This document shows, piece by piece, positions 25,651-38,375 of a stretch of DNA of 64,000 bases. Below the pieces are notes generated by a model. The model was given only the letters and a program-made list of their open reading frames with translations, made no database searches and was not told the origin of the DNA. The position numbers were made by a program, and so were the translations under genes. The number at the start of each line of letters is the position of its first letter. Position 1 is the stretch's first letter. This DNA comes from Octopus sinensis (taxonomy: Eukaryota): NCBI RefSeq assembly GCF_006345805.1, contig NC_043010.1:9982001-10046000 (forward strand), in the 5' to 3' direction.

Positions 25651-27644
25651 TACATACATATATATGTATGTGTGTGTGTGTGTGTGTATATATATTTATA
25701 TATATATATATATATATATATACTTTCTTTTAAGATGGCATTGAGCTATTTAAAGCAATTGATTGCGAGAATGGAAGAATCTTTTTATATTGGTATATCA
25801 GGTAAATTATACATCTAGAGGAACACATTTGTGTGCTTTGTACTGAAAGAATAATGAATCTACAATTTTACAAATTCATAGACATGAAACTTACATATAA
25901 AGTTACCATTTTGATTTTAAGGCTTAACCCTTTAGCATTCAAAGTAGTCATATTGAACCTGGATATTCTTTCTTTATGTTCGTACCAGCCAGATCCATCC
26001 TCTTGCACCTACCCTGCAATATCATCCCTAATGTAAAGAGTTACATGAAGGAAATTTCATAGATTTGAGATAATGCATGACTAATCCAAAACAATTTGAA
26101 TAAATAAATCTTACATTTCAGAGATTAATCTGATTACTAGAGGATTAAAAACATTTGTTTTTCATATAGGTTTTTAGAGATTTTGTTAGCAAGCAAATTC
26201 AGGTTTGAATGACAGTGAGGGGGTTCCATATCCCTGGTGTAGAGACTTCAGTTTATTAACCACTGAAGGATGAAAAACAAAATTGACCTCAGCAGGATTT
26301 GAACTCAGAATGTAAAGAATCTAAAGATTCACTTATTTCACTAACCTTGCTGTTTCTACTTCTGCCACAACACTAGAAAGTTTTAGTTAATATCATCGAT
26401 CCCCAGTATTGATTGGTACTTTATTTTATCAACCTTGGAGGGATGAAAGGCTGAGCTGACTTTGATGGGATTTGAACTCAGACCATAGTATAACAAACCA
26501 GCTGGAATACTACAAGACATTCTTTTCTATTGCTCTAACAATTATGCCTATTTACCACACTCAGAGTGAAGTATTGTGTTAGTAGCACACCTTTAATATG
26601 GCGTCTGGTTGAAAAGAGTTGTATAACAACTTCACCGATTTTAAAATGGTTGTGTGATTCGCCCTTGATTAGAAAGGAAAACAATAAAGTATTCTACACT
26701 GACAAAATGAAATAATTAATGATGGTTAATGATCAGCTAGAATACAGAATGGAAGACAAAAGAACATGATCTGAGAGAATGAGAAAGAAGAGATCTTCAG
26801 AAAATAGTTTTTCAAATAGCAGTATTTGCTGGAGGGAGGATGTATTGTATAATGTGAAAGGATAGATAATATCAGTAACTGCAGCATTTGTGGTGGGCAT
26901 GGCAACATAAGTGTGTATTTCTTTAGAGGGTAGGTGCAGAGTCTGACTGTCTCTATGTACAGAGAAGCTTTCTTTGAAATACTGTCATATAGCGTTATAT
27001 CTGTGCAAATGTAAAATCAGTAGCATTCTCTCACACGAGAATAATTGTCCCGAGTGGTCTAATTTAACATGCATACAGTAACAGACATTAGTAAGGATGC
27101 CAATTGTTCCCAGGTTCAAAGGAAATTTTTTTTTTTCTTTTGCTTTTATTTCGAAGAAACTTTTACCATAACAGCAGAGTTGCATTCACTGTAATGTCAG
27201 CCATTTTGATATGGAATAGATTCGGCAATTATTGACTGGAACTAGAATTATTTGACATTTCTTTCGAAATCATACTTCAGTTTATTTTCCATTGGTCAAT
27301 CAAAGTGGTCATAGAAAATTGCTAACCCAAATTCAGTATGACATCTTTATTTGATTACCAAATTTGAATGATATTTTAAACCAATCTTCATAATATGGAA
27401 TTGAAAAGTTAACCATATTTGCTCTGATCCTAAAACCCTTACTTGGCATTGCTCTTTCAGTAGAGAACATCTATTAAGTTTCCAGGCCATCTTGACTCGT
27501 TACTGGATGCATAAAACTAATTTTCAAAATGGTTGGCTCTGCAGTAAGTATATGAATATTTGAAAACATTAAAAAATAACCATCTTATTATTAGTATTAT
27601 TATTATTATTATTATTATTATCATTATCTTTATTATTATTATTA

Positions 27645-27695
<51 letters not shown>

Positions 27696-28134
27696 TGAAT
27701 GGTCATTATAACATTGCTTCAGTTATAGACAATTCAGTTTTCTCACAAGTCATTATGACATTTGAATTAAGTCAATTAAGTTCAACAATTCATATTGATT
27801 ATATTTTATCTTATTTGTGTATTAATGCTCCTTACACACCTCAGTCATATAAAAAGGTCACGTTGACCTTAACTCTATGCAAATACAGTTTAAGTCGGTA
27901 TAGTCACTTACCAGGTCATAATGCTCTTACTATATACGTTAATGTTCAAGAATGTCACGTTGACCTTACTTATATATTGATTTTTCTTTGTCTATGCGAA
28001 AAGACCCCAAATTTATAGGAGAATACAAATAAGGTGTTGTAACATTCATGTATTTTCCAAAGAGCATTAGTGGTATAAATAAAGGTGAAATAACATTAAC
28101 TAAGACCTGCAATCAAGTTATATGCTTTGCTCAC

Positions 28135-28190
28135 CCAGAAGCTTAGATTTTACTTCATATGTTACGCTGACCTTCATGGTATATTTATAA
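28135..28190 (-). CDS. Candidate exon, 56 nt, phase 2-1: (S)YKYTMKVSVTYEVKSKLL
   Basis: Acceptor attctgcttttag, donor tgg|gtgagc; bridges the phases of the 29826 and 11946 exons. Confidence 0.6.
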
Positions 28191-28682
28191 CTAAAAGCAG
28201 AATATTTGCATGTTATTACTGTTTCCTACCCACGTTACCCCAGTAACGTAATTTGAATTGTTCTCAACAACAGTTTCTTCTATATGTCCCTATACTTTCC
28301 TCATAAATTATGAAGCATAACTTTCTAAAATCAAATTTTTTTTCATCTTACCTTTGACTCCCATTTCAAAGCCAGTTTTTATTTATTCACAAACTCAGCA
28401 TGAGTCACTCACTCTTGTCCTGTTCACAGGTCAATACAGATGTTTATCTTTTATATATTAACCATCCAATATCCCGCTGCTTTTATAGGCTTTTTTTTTC
28501 CCCGTTTTTTTTTCTTTTTTAGGTTCATTCTGTCATCACAACAAATAAAGGTTGTCTAATCTTTCAATTTCATACCTGTGTAGCCCTATTACCAAACAAC
28601 AATCAGCACATGTAAAAGCTAGTAGTGTTTGTATACTAGTACTTCAACTAATGCAAAATGTAGGTGGTGAATTAGTTGAGTC

Positions 28683-29470
28683 ACTGAGGTGAGTCAAAAG
28701 TTTCGTAATATTTGCATACATGCTAATTTGCAGCATGCATGTCATGTGACTGAAGCAGTTCAAGCCATAGAAGTTACCCGCTGAAATTGGTAGTGTCGTA
28801 GTAGTTGGTGCACTGACTCACGGTGCCTTGCTTTGTTTCTGCATGTAATTTTCAAAGCCACACGTGCAATGTAATCTAATTCAGGAACTCATGTTTTATT
28901 AGTTTGAACTGGGCCAATAACACTGCAGAAACAAACATGAAATATCTGTGTGCAAACGGTGAAGGTTCAGTTGATCTGAGAAAAGTAACCAGATGATTCA
29001 AAAAATTTCACTTGAATTGCAAGAACCTCCACAATCAGGTATGGCCAATAAGGCCTAAAACTGTGGATTCTGAGGCCATGCTCCAAACCATAGAGAAAAA
29101 ATCCAGCAAGTAGTACTTGGAAAGTATCAGGTGAGCTCAGTATCTTGTGACTGTATGCTATTTTGTGGCAAAAATACCCAGCATTGGCTAACAGAAACCA
29201 AGCTGTTCTGTAACAAAACGACATAAAACCTTGATTGATTTGGAATAAATTCCAAGAGCTTGAAGAAATTGAACTGATGCCATGCCCAGTATATATTCTG
29301 GACCCAGCTCCCTCGGATTATTATTTGTTCTAATCCATGACTTATTTCCTGCACTCACAATATTTTATCAACCAAGAGGAGGTGGAAGCTACAGTGGAGA
29401 AGTTCTTTGTCTTGAAGGACAAGAATTTGTATGAGCGTGGGGTCAAAGAACAGGCAGAGATGACCTCTAC
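28683..29470 (+). mobile_element. Decayed, internally deleted mariner element
   Basis: RKVTR*FKKFHLNCKNLHNQVWPIRPKTVDSEAMLQTIEKNPASSTWKVSGELS (from 28979) and ELMPCPVYILDPAPSDYYLF*SM...YERGVKE (decayed YSPDLAPSDY motif). Confidence 0.85.
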
Positions 29471-29825
29471 TTTGAATGCCAAGCTGCTTTCATTGTACTT
29501 TCACAAATAAAGCAAATAAATTACCAAAATGTTGCAAAACTTTGACTCAATGCAATAGCGGGTCAGATAAGATGCTTTGTGGTATTTGTTCCAAATCCCT
29601 CTGTTCTGCATTCAAATCTAGCCAAAACCATTTTTGCCTATCATTTATTCAAGATTAATAAAGAATGTATGAATTCAAGATAGGAAATTTACAGAACTAA
29701 AAAAAATATTGGAGTTGTTACTTTGCTTTAGCTGTTCCTGCTCTTTTGCATTTTGAGTTCAAATCCTGGCTTTAGACTTAACCCATTACCTGGTTTAACG
29801 TCACCAGCTGGCACATTGGGTATAC

Positions 29826-29891
29826 CTTTCTCCTTCCCTCCCTCCCACAAATCTCAGAAGCTCTGTGAAAGCATCATGGGTACTGCCTCTT
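29826..29891 (-). CDS. Candidate exon, 66 nt, phase 2-2: (R)RGSTHDAFTELLRFVGGREGE
   Basis: Very strong polypyrimidine acceptor ttttcctttctctttccccttcag, donor aag|gtatac; only one frame is open. Confidence 0.65.
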
Positions 29892-30330
29892 CTGAAGGGG
29901 AAAGAGAAAGGAAAAGTAGAAAAAATATTTTTAAAATGACTATTTTGATTAAGCCATATTCCAGGAGCATTCTGGAAATAATACGATGGCTAGCATGTCG
30001 TAAGCTCATTATATTATTAACAAATCTCTCTCTTCTGTTCTGTCCCAACTAACAATAATTTCAGTAAATGATATAAGACAAAACAAGAATATCATAACTC
30101 TGTGAGTCTGAAAATAGTCCTGCTTCTGAATAAGGCCAAATGGAAGAATTAAAGATAAACAAAAGAAATGAATAATGATTATTAGGAGTATTGAAACATC
30201 AGAAATGAAGCGGAACCTCAAAATATTAAGTAATATCTATTTGAAAAGCAAAAGTATTTGAACAACTCTTTGTAGTACCTGACATCAAATGATGGGTTTC
30301 TATTTTAGGGCCCAATTTTTTTTCTTTTAC

Positions 30331-30361
30331 CTTTGTTGTATCTCAAAACATGAAGTAATAT
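30331..30361 (-). CDS. Candidate exon, 31 nt, phase 1-2: ITSCFEIQQ
   Basis: Acceptor ttcgttcgtacctcaaacag, donor aag|gtaaaa; phase fits both neighbours. Confidence 0.5.
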
Positions 30362-30922
30362 CTGTTTGAGGTACGAACGAATTGGAAAATTAAATTATGC
30401 AACACTTCATACCAGTAAAGAGGCTAGTAAATATTTTTCTACAGTGGTACTTTGAAGAACAAAAGTAGATGAACATCTCAGTGGAACAATTGGTGGCAGG
30501 GTCTTCACTCAGGGGCTAGAAAATATTTTTGTGCCTTGAAGAACAAAGGTATGGGAATATCTCTATGGAACATTTCACACTACTCTGATGGATGGGTTTC
30601 AGTCTCAGGGCCATAAAATACCTCTTACTGCAGTGGCACCTCAGAACATAAATGAGGTAAATTTTATGCCCAAGTATTGAAATAAATATCAATATTAGAA
30701 GGCTTTAGCTGTGATAATTAATGGATATAAGAATGTAAACACATTTGTTCTATGCTTCTGATGTGTGGGAAAATGTTGAGGAACTTCTCATCTAGGACTG
30801 TTTCACAATTTGATGATCACTCCTCAGAGAAGACATACTCAACCTCCTTCCACATTTGATAGAATAGAGTGTTCACCTTCTATATTAAGTACTCAGCAAT
30901 TAAGCTATTACCATTTTGGTTT

Positions 30923-31048
30923 CATCATTTCGGGGTTGATTAAATAAGTACCAGTTATGCACTGGGGTCGATATAATCGACTTAATCCATTTGTCTGTCC
31001 TTGTTTGTCCTCTCTGTGTTTAGCCCCTTGTGGGTAGTAAAAAAATAG
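30923..31048 (+). mobile_element. SINE family B, 3' part
   Basis: Match to the family B 3' end. Confidence 0.8.
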
Positions 31049-31292
31049 GTTAACTTAATTTGCATATTTGTACTTTAGACTGGTTTATCATTAAGCAGTC
31101 AAGCTATATACTTTAAGCACAATATGGGGTTATGAGGGAGGGGTGACGATGAAGGGGGAAGGAGAAGGTGGGTAGGAGTGAAGAGAAGAGAGAAGGAGAG
31201 TAGGAGTGAAAAGAAGAAGTAGGAGTAGGAGCAAGAGAGGAGAGGTGGTGGGAGGAAGTAGGTGTGAGGGGGAGAGAGGCGAGAGGAGGAGG

Positions 31293-32196
31293 TTAGATGA
31301 TGAGGGGAGGAGAGGTGAGCCCATGTGGTGCAAAGGAGTGAAGAGAGAAGATTAATCCCTGTTCAAGGTGCAAATGGGAGTCCAGATGGCCCCTGTGCAA
31401 CACCAATCCAAACACAGACAGGTGGTATTGCAAAGAGTGACCGGTAGAGCAGAAATGGCACGAGACCAGGGTGTCATTGCTCAGTCAGATGTCTCGGAGG
31501 TGTTCCGTAAACCTGTCAGCCAAGTAGTGTCCCATTTGCCCAGTGTATAAAGAAGGGCAAAGAGAGCAGGAGATGCAGTAGATGACATTGGTAGAATTGC
31601 AAGTGAAGGAGTTGGTGATGTGATAGGGTCAATGATGGGTGCCGGTGAGGAGGATGGTGTTGGAGAGGTAAGGGCAAGTGTGACAGCTTGGGTGGGAGAA
31701 GGGAAACAAGCTGTGGACCAAGAGGTCTTGTAGGTTGTGGGCTCATTTGAAGGAGGGGAGGTGTTGGTTAGGGAAGATATGCGAAGTGGAGGGGTCAGAC
31801 TTGAGTCGCCGGAAGGCTCGGAGAATGGTGCATTGGAGAGGTAGGGTGGTAAGTGATGGAGAGGCAGGAGACAGTGGGGTGGGTTCGAGGGGAGAGAGCA
31901 GATGCACGGTCCATAGAACGTGCTCTGGCAAGGGCAGTGTGGATAGGGGTCAGGGGATATCCATGTAGGATGAGGTGACGAGTCATGAGTTGAGACTGAG
32001 TTTCAAAGTCATGGTCGTCACTACAGAGCCTGCGTAGACAGAGGAATTGGGGATAGGGGATGGAAAGCTTGGTGTGGTTAGGGTGGGAGAAGAAGTTGAA
32101 GTATGAGTGTGAGTCTGTGTGTTTGTAGTAGATGGAGGTAGTGAGAGTGGAGTGATGGATGCTGACCGAAATGTCAAGAAAGGAGACAGAGGTGTC
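31293..32196 (-). mobile_element. Penelope-like retroelement remnant (RT C-terminus + GIY-YIG endonuclease), pseudogenised
   Basis: SFLDISVSIHHSTLTTSIYYKHTDSHSY...KLSIPYPQFLCLRRLCSDD...HGYP, then FTCNSTNVIYCISCSLCPSLYTGQMGHYLADRFTEHLRDI*...HF...LEQGLIFSLHSFAPHGL; several in-frame stops. Confidence 0.9.
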
Positions 32197-32214
32197 ATAT
32201 ATATATATGTATAC

Positions 32215-32271
32215 ATATGAGCTTTTCACAGAATTTCCTTTCATCAAATTCATTCTGGAAGGTCACTAGGC
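32215..32271 (-). CDS. Doubtful exon, 57 nt, phase 1-1 (LVTFQNEFDERKFCEKLI), possibly SINE-derived
   Basis: Strong acceptor tttttgttttctcag but weak donor at|gtatac; sequence resembles the SINE A central segment. Confidence 0.25.
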
Positions 32272-32744
32272 CTGAGAAAACAAAAAGCAACAAAAAAAAA
32301 TGGAAAAGGATGGGCACTGACACACTTGATGTTACCATTGTGCTAATGATCAGACTCATTCCGTTTTTAATTAATTAACATTTTTGTGTTATCTCTCCTG
32401 ACTTCTGTTTTTTTTTTTTTTTTTTTTTTTTTGACAAGTGTTAGTTCGTTAGTCATTTATTCCCTGCAATCACATCTATTGTTTAATTAATTAAAATTTT
32501 TTTTTTTGCTTATCTACATCGAGTACATTAGCACCCACTTTGCTAATATATTTCCATGCAGCAGGTATCCCTGGGAATTTCTCCCCACCTATTCCTCCAC
32601 TCATTCATTCCATTAGTTTGTAGGCTGACATTTGATTATGTTGCATGGAAGAGAGACAGGACAAAGAGAAATCTTTCTGCTTTTGTGTTGTAGTCAGATT
32701 GCTGTCTACCATGGCTTAATGCTGTTGCTGTCAATGCACAAAAC

Positions 32745-32785
<41 letters not shown>

Positions 32786-33341
32786 TTTCCTTTTGTCATG
32801 ATGATGTAATAAACTAATGAGACGGTATCAAAACAGTACAGAAACAGCATATCTACTGCTGATCCCCTACAGGGGTCAGTGAACTTTATAAAATGTGATG
32901 AACATTTTCTTTATGTCCCTAGTAAACATAATTAATATCGGTTTTCTTCTGCTTTTATTTATTTATTTTTTTTTTTTTTCATTTTATAAAATGAAAACAA
33001 TGCTATGTTGAAGGTAACTCCGAGGGAATTTTCAAAAGTCAATAATTTAAATTGCCTAATCATCAGAGAAGAATTTTCAAAAAAAAAAAATTATATTGTT
33101 TTTTTCATTTATTCTGAACTCTGGTATATATGTTTAGACTATATTTTGCTAAGGAGATTTAATAAAACCGAAATATGTCGAAGGTTGTCACTGTAAATGA
33201 ACCTCTGCCTATTTCAACAATGGGGATTTGGTTGCCTGTTTAACTGAATAACTTGCCTATTGGTCTATGGTCTATCCATAGCACTTATTCAGCATTACCT
33301 GACACCTTTGGGTCTCACTGACATCATTACCTCTAATAACT

Positions 33342-33375
<34 letters not shown>

Positions 33376-33414
33376 ATGATATATATGTATAGGAAATGTA
33401 TATATATATATATA

Positions 33415-33720
33415 TCACCGTGATCACCGTGACCGACCGCTATCAGATGTAGTTACACATCGCTGGTCACAATGCGTTCGCATTGTTTTAGCCTTTGAAT
33501 GACGCCACCCCGCTGGCTAAGCGAGCAGGCCAACAGAAGAAGAAAGAGTGAGAGAAAGTTGTGGTGAGAGAGTACAGCAGGGATCATCACCCCTGCCGGA
33601 GCCTTGTGGAGCTTTTAGGTGTTTTTGCTCAATAAACACTCACAACGCCCAGTCTAGGAATCGAAACCGCAATCCTACGACCGCAAGTCCGCTGCCCTAA
33701 CCACTAGGCCATTGCGCCTC

Positions 33721-33763
<43 letters not shown>

Positions 33764-34065
33764 CACCGTGATCACCGTGACGACCGCTATCAGATGTAGT
33801 TACACATCGCTGGTCACAATGCGTTCGCATTGTTTTAGCCTTTGAATGACGCCACCCCGCTGGCTAAGCGAGCAGGCCAACAGAAGAAAGAGTGAGAGAA
33901 AGTTGTGGTGAGAGAGTACAGCAGGGATCATCACCCCCTGCCGGAGCCTTGTGGAGCTTTTAGGTGTTTTTGCTCAATAAACACTCACAACGCCCAGTCT
34001 AGGAATCGAAACCGCAATCCTACGACCGCAAGTCCGCTGCCCTAACCACTAGGCCATTGCGCCTC

Positions 34066-34067
<2 letters not shown>
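33415..34067 (-). mobile_element. SINE family D, two near-identical tandem copies (33415-33723 and 33763-34067)
   Basis: Minus head ggaggcgcaatggcctagtggttaggg (A box), ggtttcgattcc (B box); period 348 bp. Confidence 0.9.
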
Positions 34068-34111
<44 letters not shown>

Positions 34112-34224
34112 CAATATGGAGATAATATATATATGTATGTATGTGTGAATATATATGTGTGTGTGTGTGTATTCTGAGTATTCTGCTGACACATTTACTC
34201 TTAGTATAATCCTTCCATCCCCCT

Positions 34225-34545
34225 ATTCCTGGGATAAAGGCTACAATCCATCCCTCTTTAACTGGAAGAGACATGGGGGTAGAATCTTCATGCACTTCCT
34301 CCAAAGGGTCCTATCAGAAGCAACAACCACCACTAGACATTTTTGGCTGGATTGCCAAGCATCACCATCTTAAACCATTGATATTATTCAACCATCTCAT
34401 TTTTGTTCTAATTACCAGTTCTCCTACCACCACGTGGTTTGGCTTGAAGAATCCATCGTGCGATTTTTTTCATGTGTCATCCCAATCACATGACTGTGGT
34501 TCCAGAGATGTGATCTCTCGTTGCAGGGACATAGCGGCTCAAACT
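34225..34545 (-). mobile_element. Decayed RTE-like LINE 3' end
   Basis: Across frameshifts: HVIGMTHEK / IARWILQAKPRGGRRTG / RWLNNI / ASDRTLWRKCMKILPP. Confidence 0.7.
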
Positions 34546-34827
34546 GGAAAGAGGTCATGACCTCTAAGCAGTGTATACTGTCAAGTAACATTACTCCTAA
34601 ACTCCCTCAGTTCCTATGGTTAAAAGTCACTTATCCAGGATACAGCACAGTGTGATTGAACCAAGGATCTCATGATAATGGGAATTGAACCTCTTAATAA
34701 TTTACCTGTGCTGTGTCATCTTTACTATAATCATTATACCTTCTAAAGATCAGGTCACATACCACTACATACCATTTTAAACTTTTTAATAAATTTAAAT
34801 TTCAGAGTTCTCCCCTCTTCTTACAAT

Positions 34828-35240
34828 TACTCTTTACTCTTTACTCTTTTACTTGTTTCAGTCATTTGACTGCGGCCATGCTGGAGCACCGCATTTAATC
34901 GAGCAAATCGACCACGGAACTTATTCTTTGTAAGCCCAGTACTTATTCTATCGGTCTCTTTTGCCGAACCGCTAAGTGACGGGGACGTAAACACACCAGC
35001 ATCGGTTGTCAAGCAATGCTAGGGGGACAAACACAGACACACAAACACACACACATATATATATATATATACATATATACGACAGGCTTCTTTCAGTTTC
35101 CGTCTACCAAATTCACTCACAAGGCATTGGTCGGCCCGGGGCTATAGCAGAAGACACTTGCCCAAGATGCCACGCAGTGGAACTGAACCTGGAACCATGT
35201 GGTTGGTTAGCGAGCTGCTTACCACACAGCCACTCCTGCG
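34828..35240 (-). mobile_element. SINE family A
   Basis: Full-length match. Confidence 0.9.
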
Positions 35241-35274
35241 AGAATGAGAATTTATTTTTATTTTTATTTCATCT

Positions 35275-35577
35275 AGTTTCAGCTCACGAGCTGTGGCCAT
35301 GCTGGGGCACCGCCATTAAAACTAAATAAATGCGCCCTTTTTAAAGCTAGCCAGGGTCATGGGCCCGGTTTCCTGGTATCTATGGCGTATGTGTTCCACA
35401 GCTGGACGGGACGCCAGTCCATCGCAGCGTTACTCATTTTTGCCAGCTGAGTGGACTGGAGCAACGTGAAATGAAGGGTTTTGCTCAAGAACACAACATG
35501 TCGCCCGGTCCAGGAATCGAAACCACAACCTTACGATCATGGTGCTGACACCCTAACCACTAAGCCACGTGCCTCCA
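35275..35577 (-). mobile_element. SINE family E (tRNA head, then gttgctccagtccactcagctggc segment)
   Basis: Minus head ggaggcacgtggcttagtggttaggg, B box ggtttcgattcc; older relatives near 14150-14410 and 42000-42310. Confidence 0.8.
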
Positions 35578-35967
35578 ATTGTTAGCAATGTAAATGACTT
35601 GGGCTAACAAAAGCTTTGCAATTGTGTTTCAAATATAGAAACTGTAAAAAAAAACTAATCATATATCTGTGTGTGTGTGGGGGGGGGTATGTATATATAA
35701 GTAAATATATGTGTGTGAGTGGGTGTGCATATGTTTGTACCCCTTGTCTCAACATTCGCATAAAAGTTGGAAGTGTTTGTGTCATACGAGCAGTATCATA
35801 CATTTCCAGTATTCTGCAAAAGTATGTCTGGTCACGGGGAAAATATTACCTTCCTCAGGTAAAACTGAGGGTCAAGGACAAGGATAGCATCAAGCCACAG
35901 AAAAATCTGCCGTAACAAACTCCTGTCCAACTCATGCATGCATGGGAAAAGTGGACGTTAAATAACA

Positions 35968-36322
35968 ATGATGATGATGACGATGATGATGATGACGATG
36001 ATGATGACGACGACGATGATGATGATGATGATGAGGAGGAGGAGAGGAGGGTGAAGATGTTGATGACGATGATGATGATGACGATGATGATGACGACAAT
36101 GATGATGATGATGATGATGATAATGATAATGATGATGATGATGATGATAATGATGATGATGATAATGATGATGATGATGATGATGATGATGATGGTGACG
36201 ATGACAATGACGATGATGATGATGATGATGATAATGATGATGATGATGACGACAGCGACGTTGATGATGATGATGATGATGATCATCATCATCATGATCA
36301 TAACGATGATGATGATGATGAT

Positions 36323-36357
<35 letters not shown>

Positions 36358-36431
36358 TGATGATGACGATGACGATGACGATGACGATGATGACGACGAC
36401 AATGATGATGATGATGATGATGATAATGATA

Positions 36432-36463
<32 letters not shown>

Positions 36464-36631
36464 GATGATTTAATGATGATGATGATGATGATGATGTGAT
36501 GGTGACGATGACAATGACGATGATGATGATGATGATGATAATGATGATGATGATGACGACACAGTGACGTTGATGATGATGATGATGATGATCATCATCA
36601 TCATGATCATAACGATGATGATGATGATGAT

Positions 36632-36666
<35 letters not shown>

Positions 36667-36761
36667 TGATGATTGACATGACGATGACATGACGATGATG
36701 ACGATGATGATGATGATGACGACGACGACGATGATGATGATGATGATGATGATGACGATGA

Positions 36762-36792
<31 letters not shown>

Positions 36793-36797
36793 GACGA
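35968..36797. repeat. ~830-bp (GAT/GAC)n array extending an RTE-type tail
   Basis: Follows gtggacgttaaataacaatgatg; internal duplication of about 310 bp. Confidence 0.9.
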
Positions 36798-37262
36798 CGT
36801 ATCTTTATAAGTCAGTAAATTGGTAGAGTCGTTAGAATGTTGGCTAGAATTGCCTCATGGCAATTATTTCGACTCTCTTGGATCTGAGTTAAAATCTCGC
36901 CACCATCAACCTTTCATTTTATCCTTTTGGGCATCAAAACAAAAAAAATACAGTAAGAGTTTAGTGCAAAGGATTAACAGAATTGGTAGAGTGGTGAAGA
37001 AGGAATGCCTTGTGATATCTGTTCTGGTGTGGTGTATTTTTGGTTCTTTTCTCACTCAGTGCATTTCTAATTAGTACGTAACTTTTGTTGAAAATTACAA
37101 GAGAGATAGTCCTGAAAATGTTAATTAATTATTAGCAGGATGGTAATACTAAGTGCATTAGTACCTATGTTTTGCATTTTGTTTTCCTTTCATTTCCTCA
37201 AGCCTGGGAACCAATGCCTTGTAAGTTGAATTTGGCAAACAGAAATCGTATGAAGGCTCATC

Positions 37263-37297
<35 letters not shown>

Positions 37298-37468
37298 GGT
37301 GCAGGAGTGGCTGTGTGGTAAGTAGCTTGCTAACCAACCACATGGTTCCGGGTTCAGTCCCACTGCGTGGCATCTTGGGCAAGTGTCTTCTGCTATAGCC
37401 CCGGGCCTACCAATGCCTTGTGAGTAGATTTGGTAGATGGAAACTGAAAGAAGCCTGTCGTATATATG

Positions 37469-37499
<31 letters not shown>

Positions 37500-37717
37500 T
37501 TGTGTGTCTGTGTTTGTCCCCCTTGCATTGCTTGACAACCGATGTTGGTGTGTTTACGTCCCTGTCACTTCGCGGTTCGGCAAAAAGAGACCGATAGAAT
37601 AAGTACTGGGCTTACAAAGAATAAGTCCCGGGGTCGATTTGCTCGACTAAAAGGCGGTGCTTCAGCATGGCCACAGTCAAATGACTGAAACAAGTAAAAG
37701 AGTAAAAGGGTAAAGAG
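37298..37717 (+). mobile_element. SINE family A
   Basis: Full-length match. Confidence 0.9.
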
Positions 37718-38284
37718 TATATATATATATAAAAAATTTTTTCCATAATGAGATAAAAAAACGAAGGCTGTTTAGAACATTTATAAATGTTCTAAAATCT
37801 ACACACCCTTGGTTTTTTTTATCTCATTATGGAAAAAAAGGCTTTCATATACACACACTGATATGTGATCTATGTTGGACCCCTTATTCGCATAATCACC
37901 GAACCTGGAACACAACTATGGTCTATCCATAGTACTTATTCAGCATTACCCGGCACCTTTGAGTCTCACTGACACCATTACCTCTCATAACCTCCTATAT
38001 ATATATTACTTTGTATAATTATGAGTATAATTATAATTAGGGTTCAGCAAAAAATTTGCTTCGCCACATACCGAACTTTTAGAAATATTAGCCAAAGAAC
38101 TTAGCTATAATTATATAAAGTAATGTTTAAGTTTACCTTAAATGGTCCTTTTAACATACTGATCAGTACTTGGTAGAATTATTAATTACTAATTAATTAA
38201 TTAATTTTACCCTTTATTATTACTGATTTTAAATATATATATATATATATATACGCGAGAAAGAAGCAACAAGAATGGATAGGT

Positions 38285-38375
38285 TTTTAGTACAATCGTT
38301 TCATACAAGGACAGGCTTTATTAAAAGTTGTAAAAATTACAGCATATAAACGTGTCCCGTACTCATCAGCTAAAA
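38285..38375 (-). ncRNA. Type I hammerhead ribozyme motif (left arm)
   Basis: Reverse complement of 38580-38670. Confidence 0.8.

Noticed and set aside
33015-33072. Minus-strand CUGAUGA...GAAAAUUCCCUC as a hammerhead
   Set aside because: Stem III cannot form; stem I is mostly wobble pairs.
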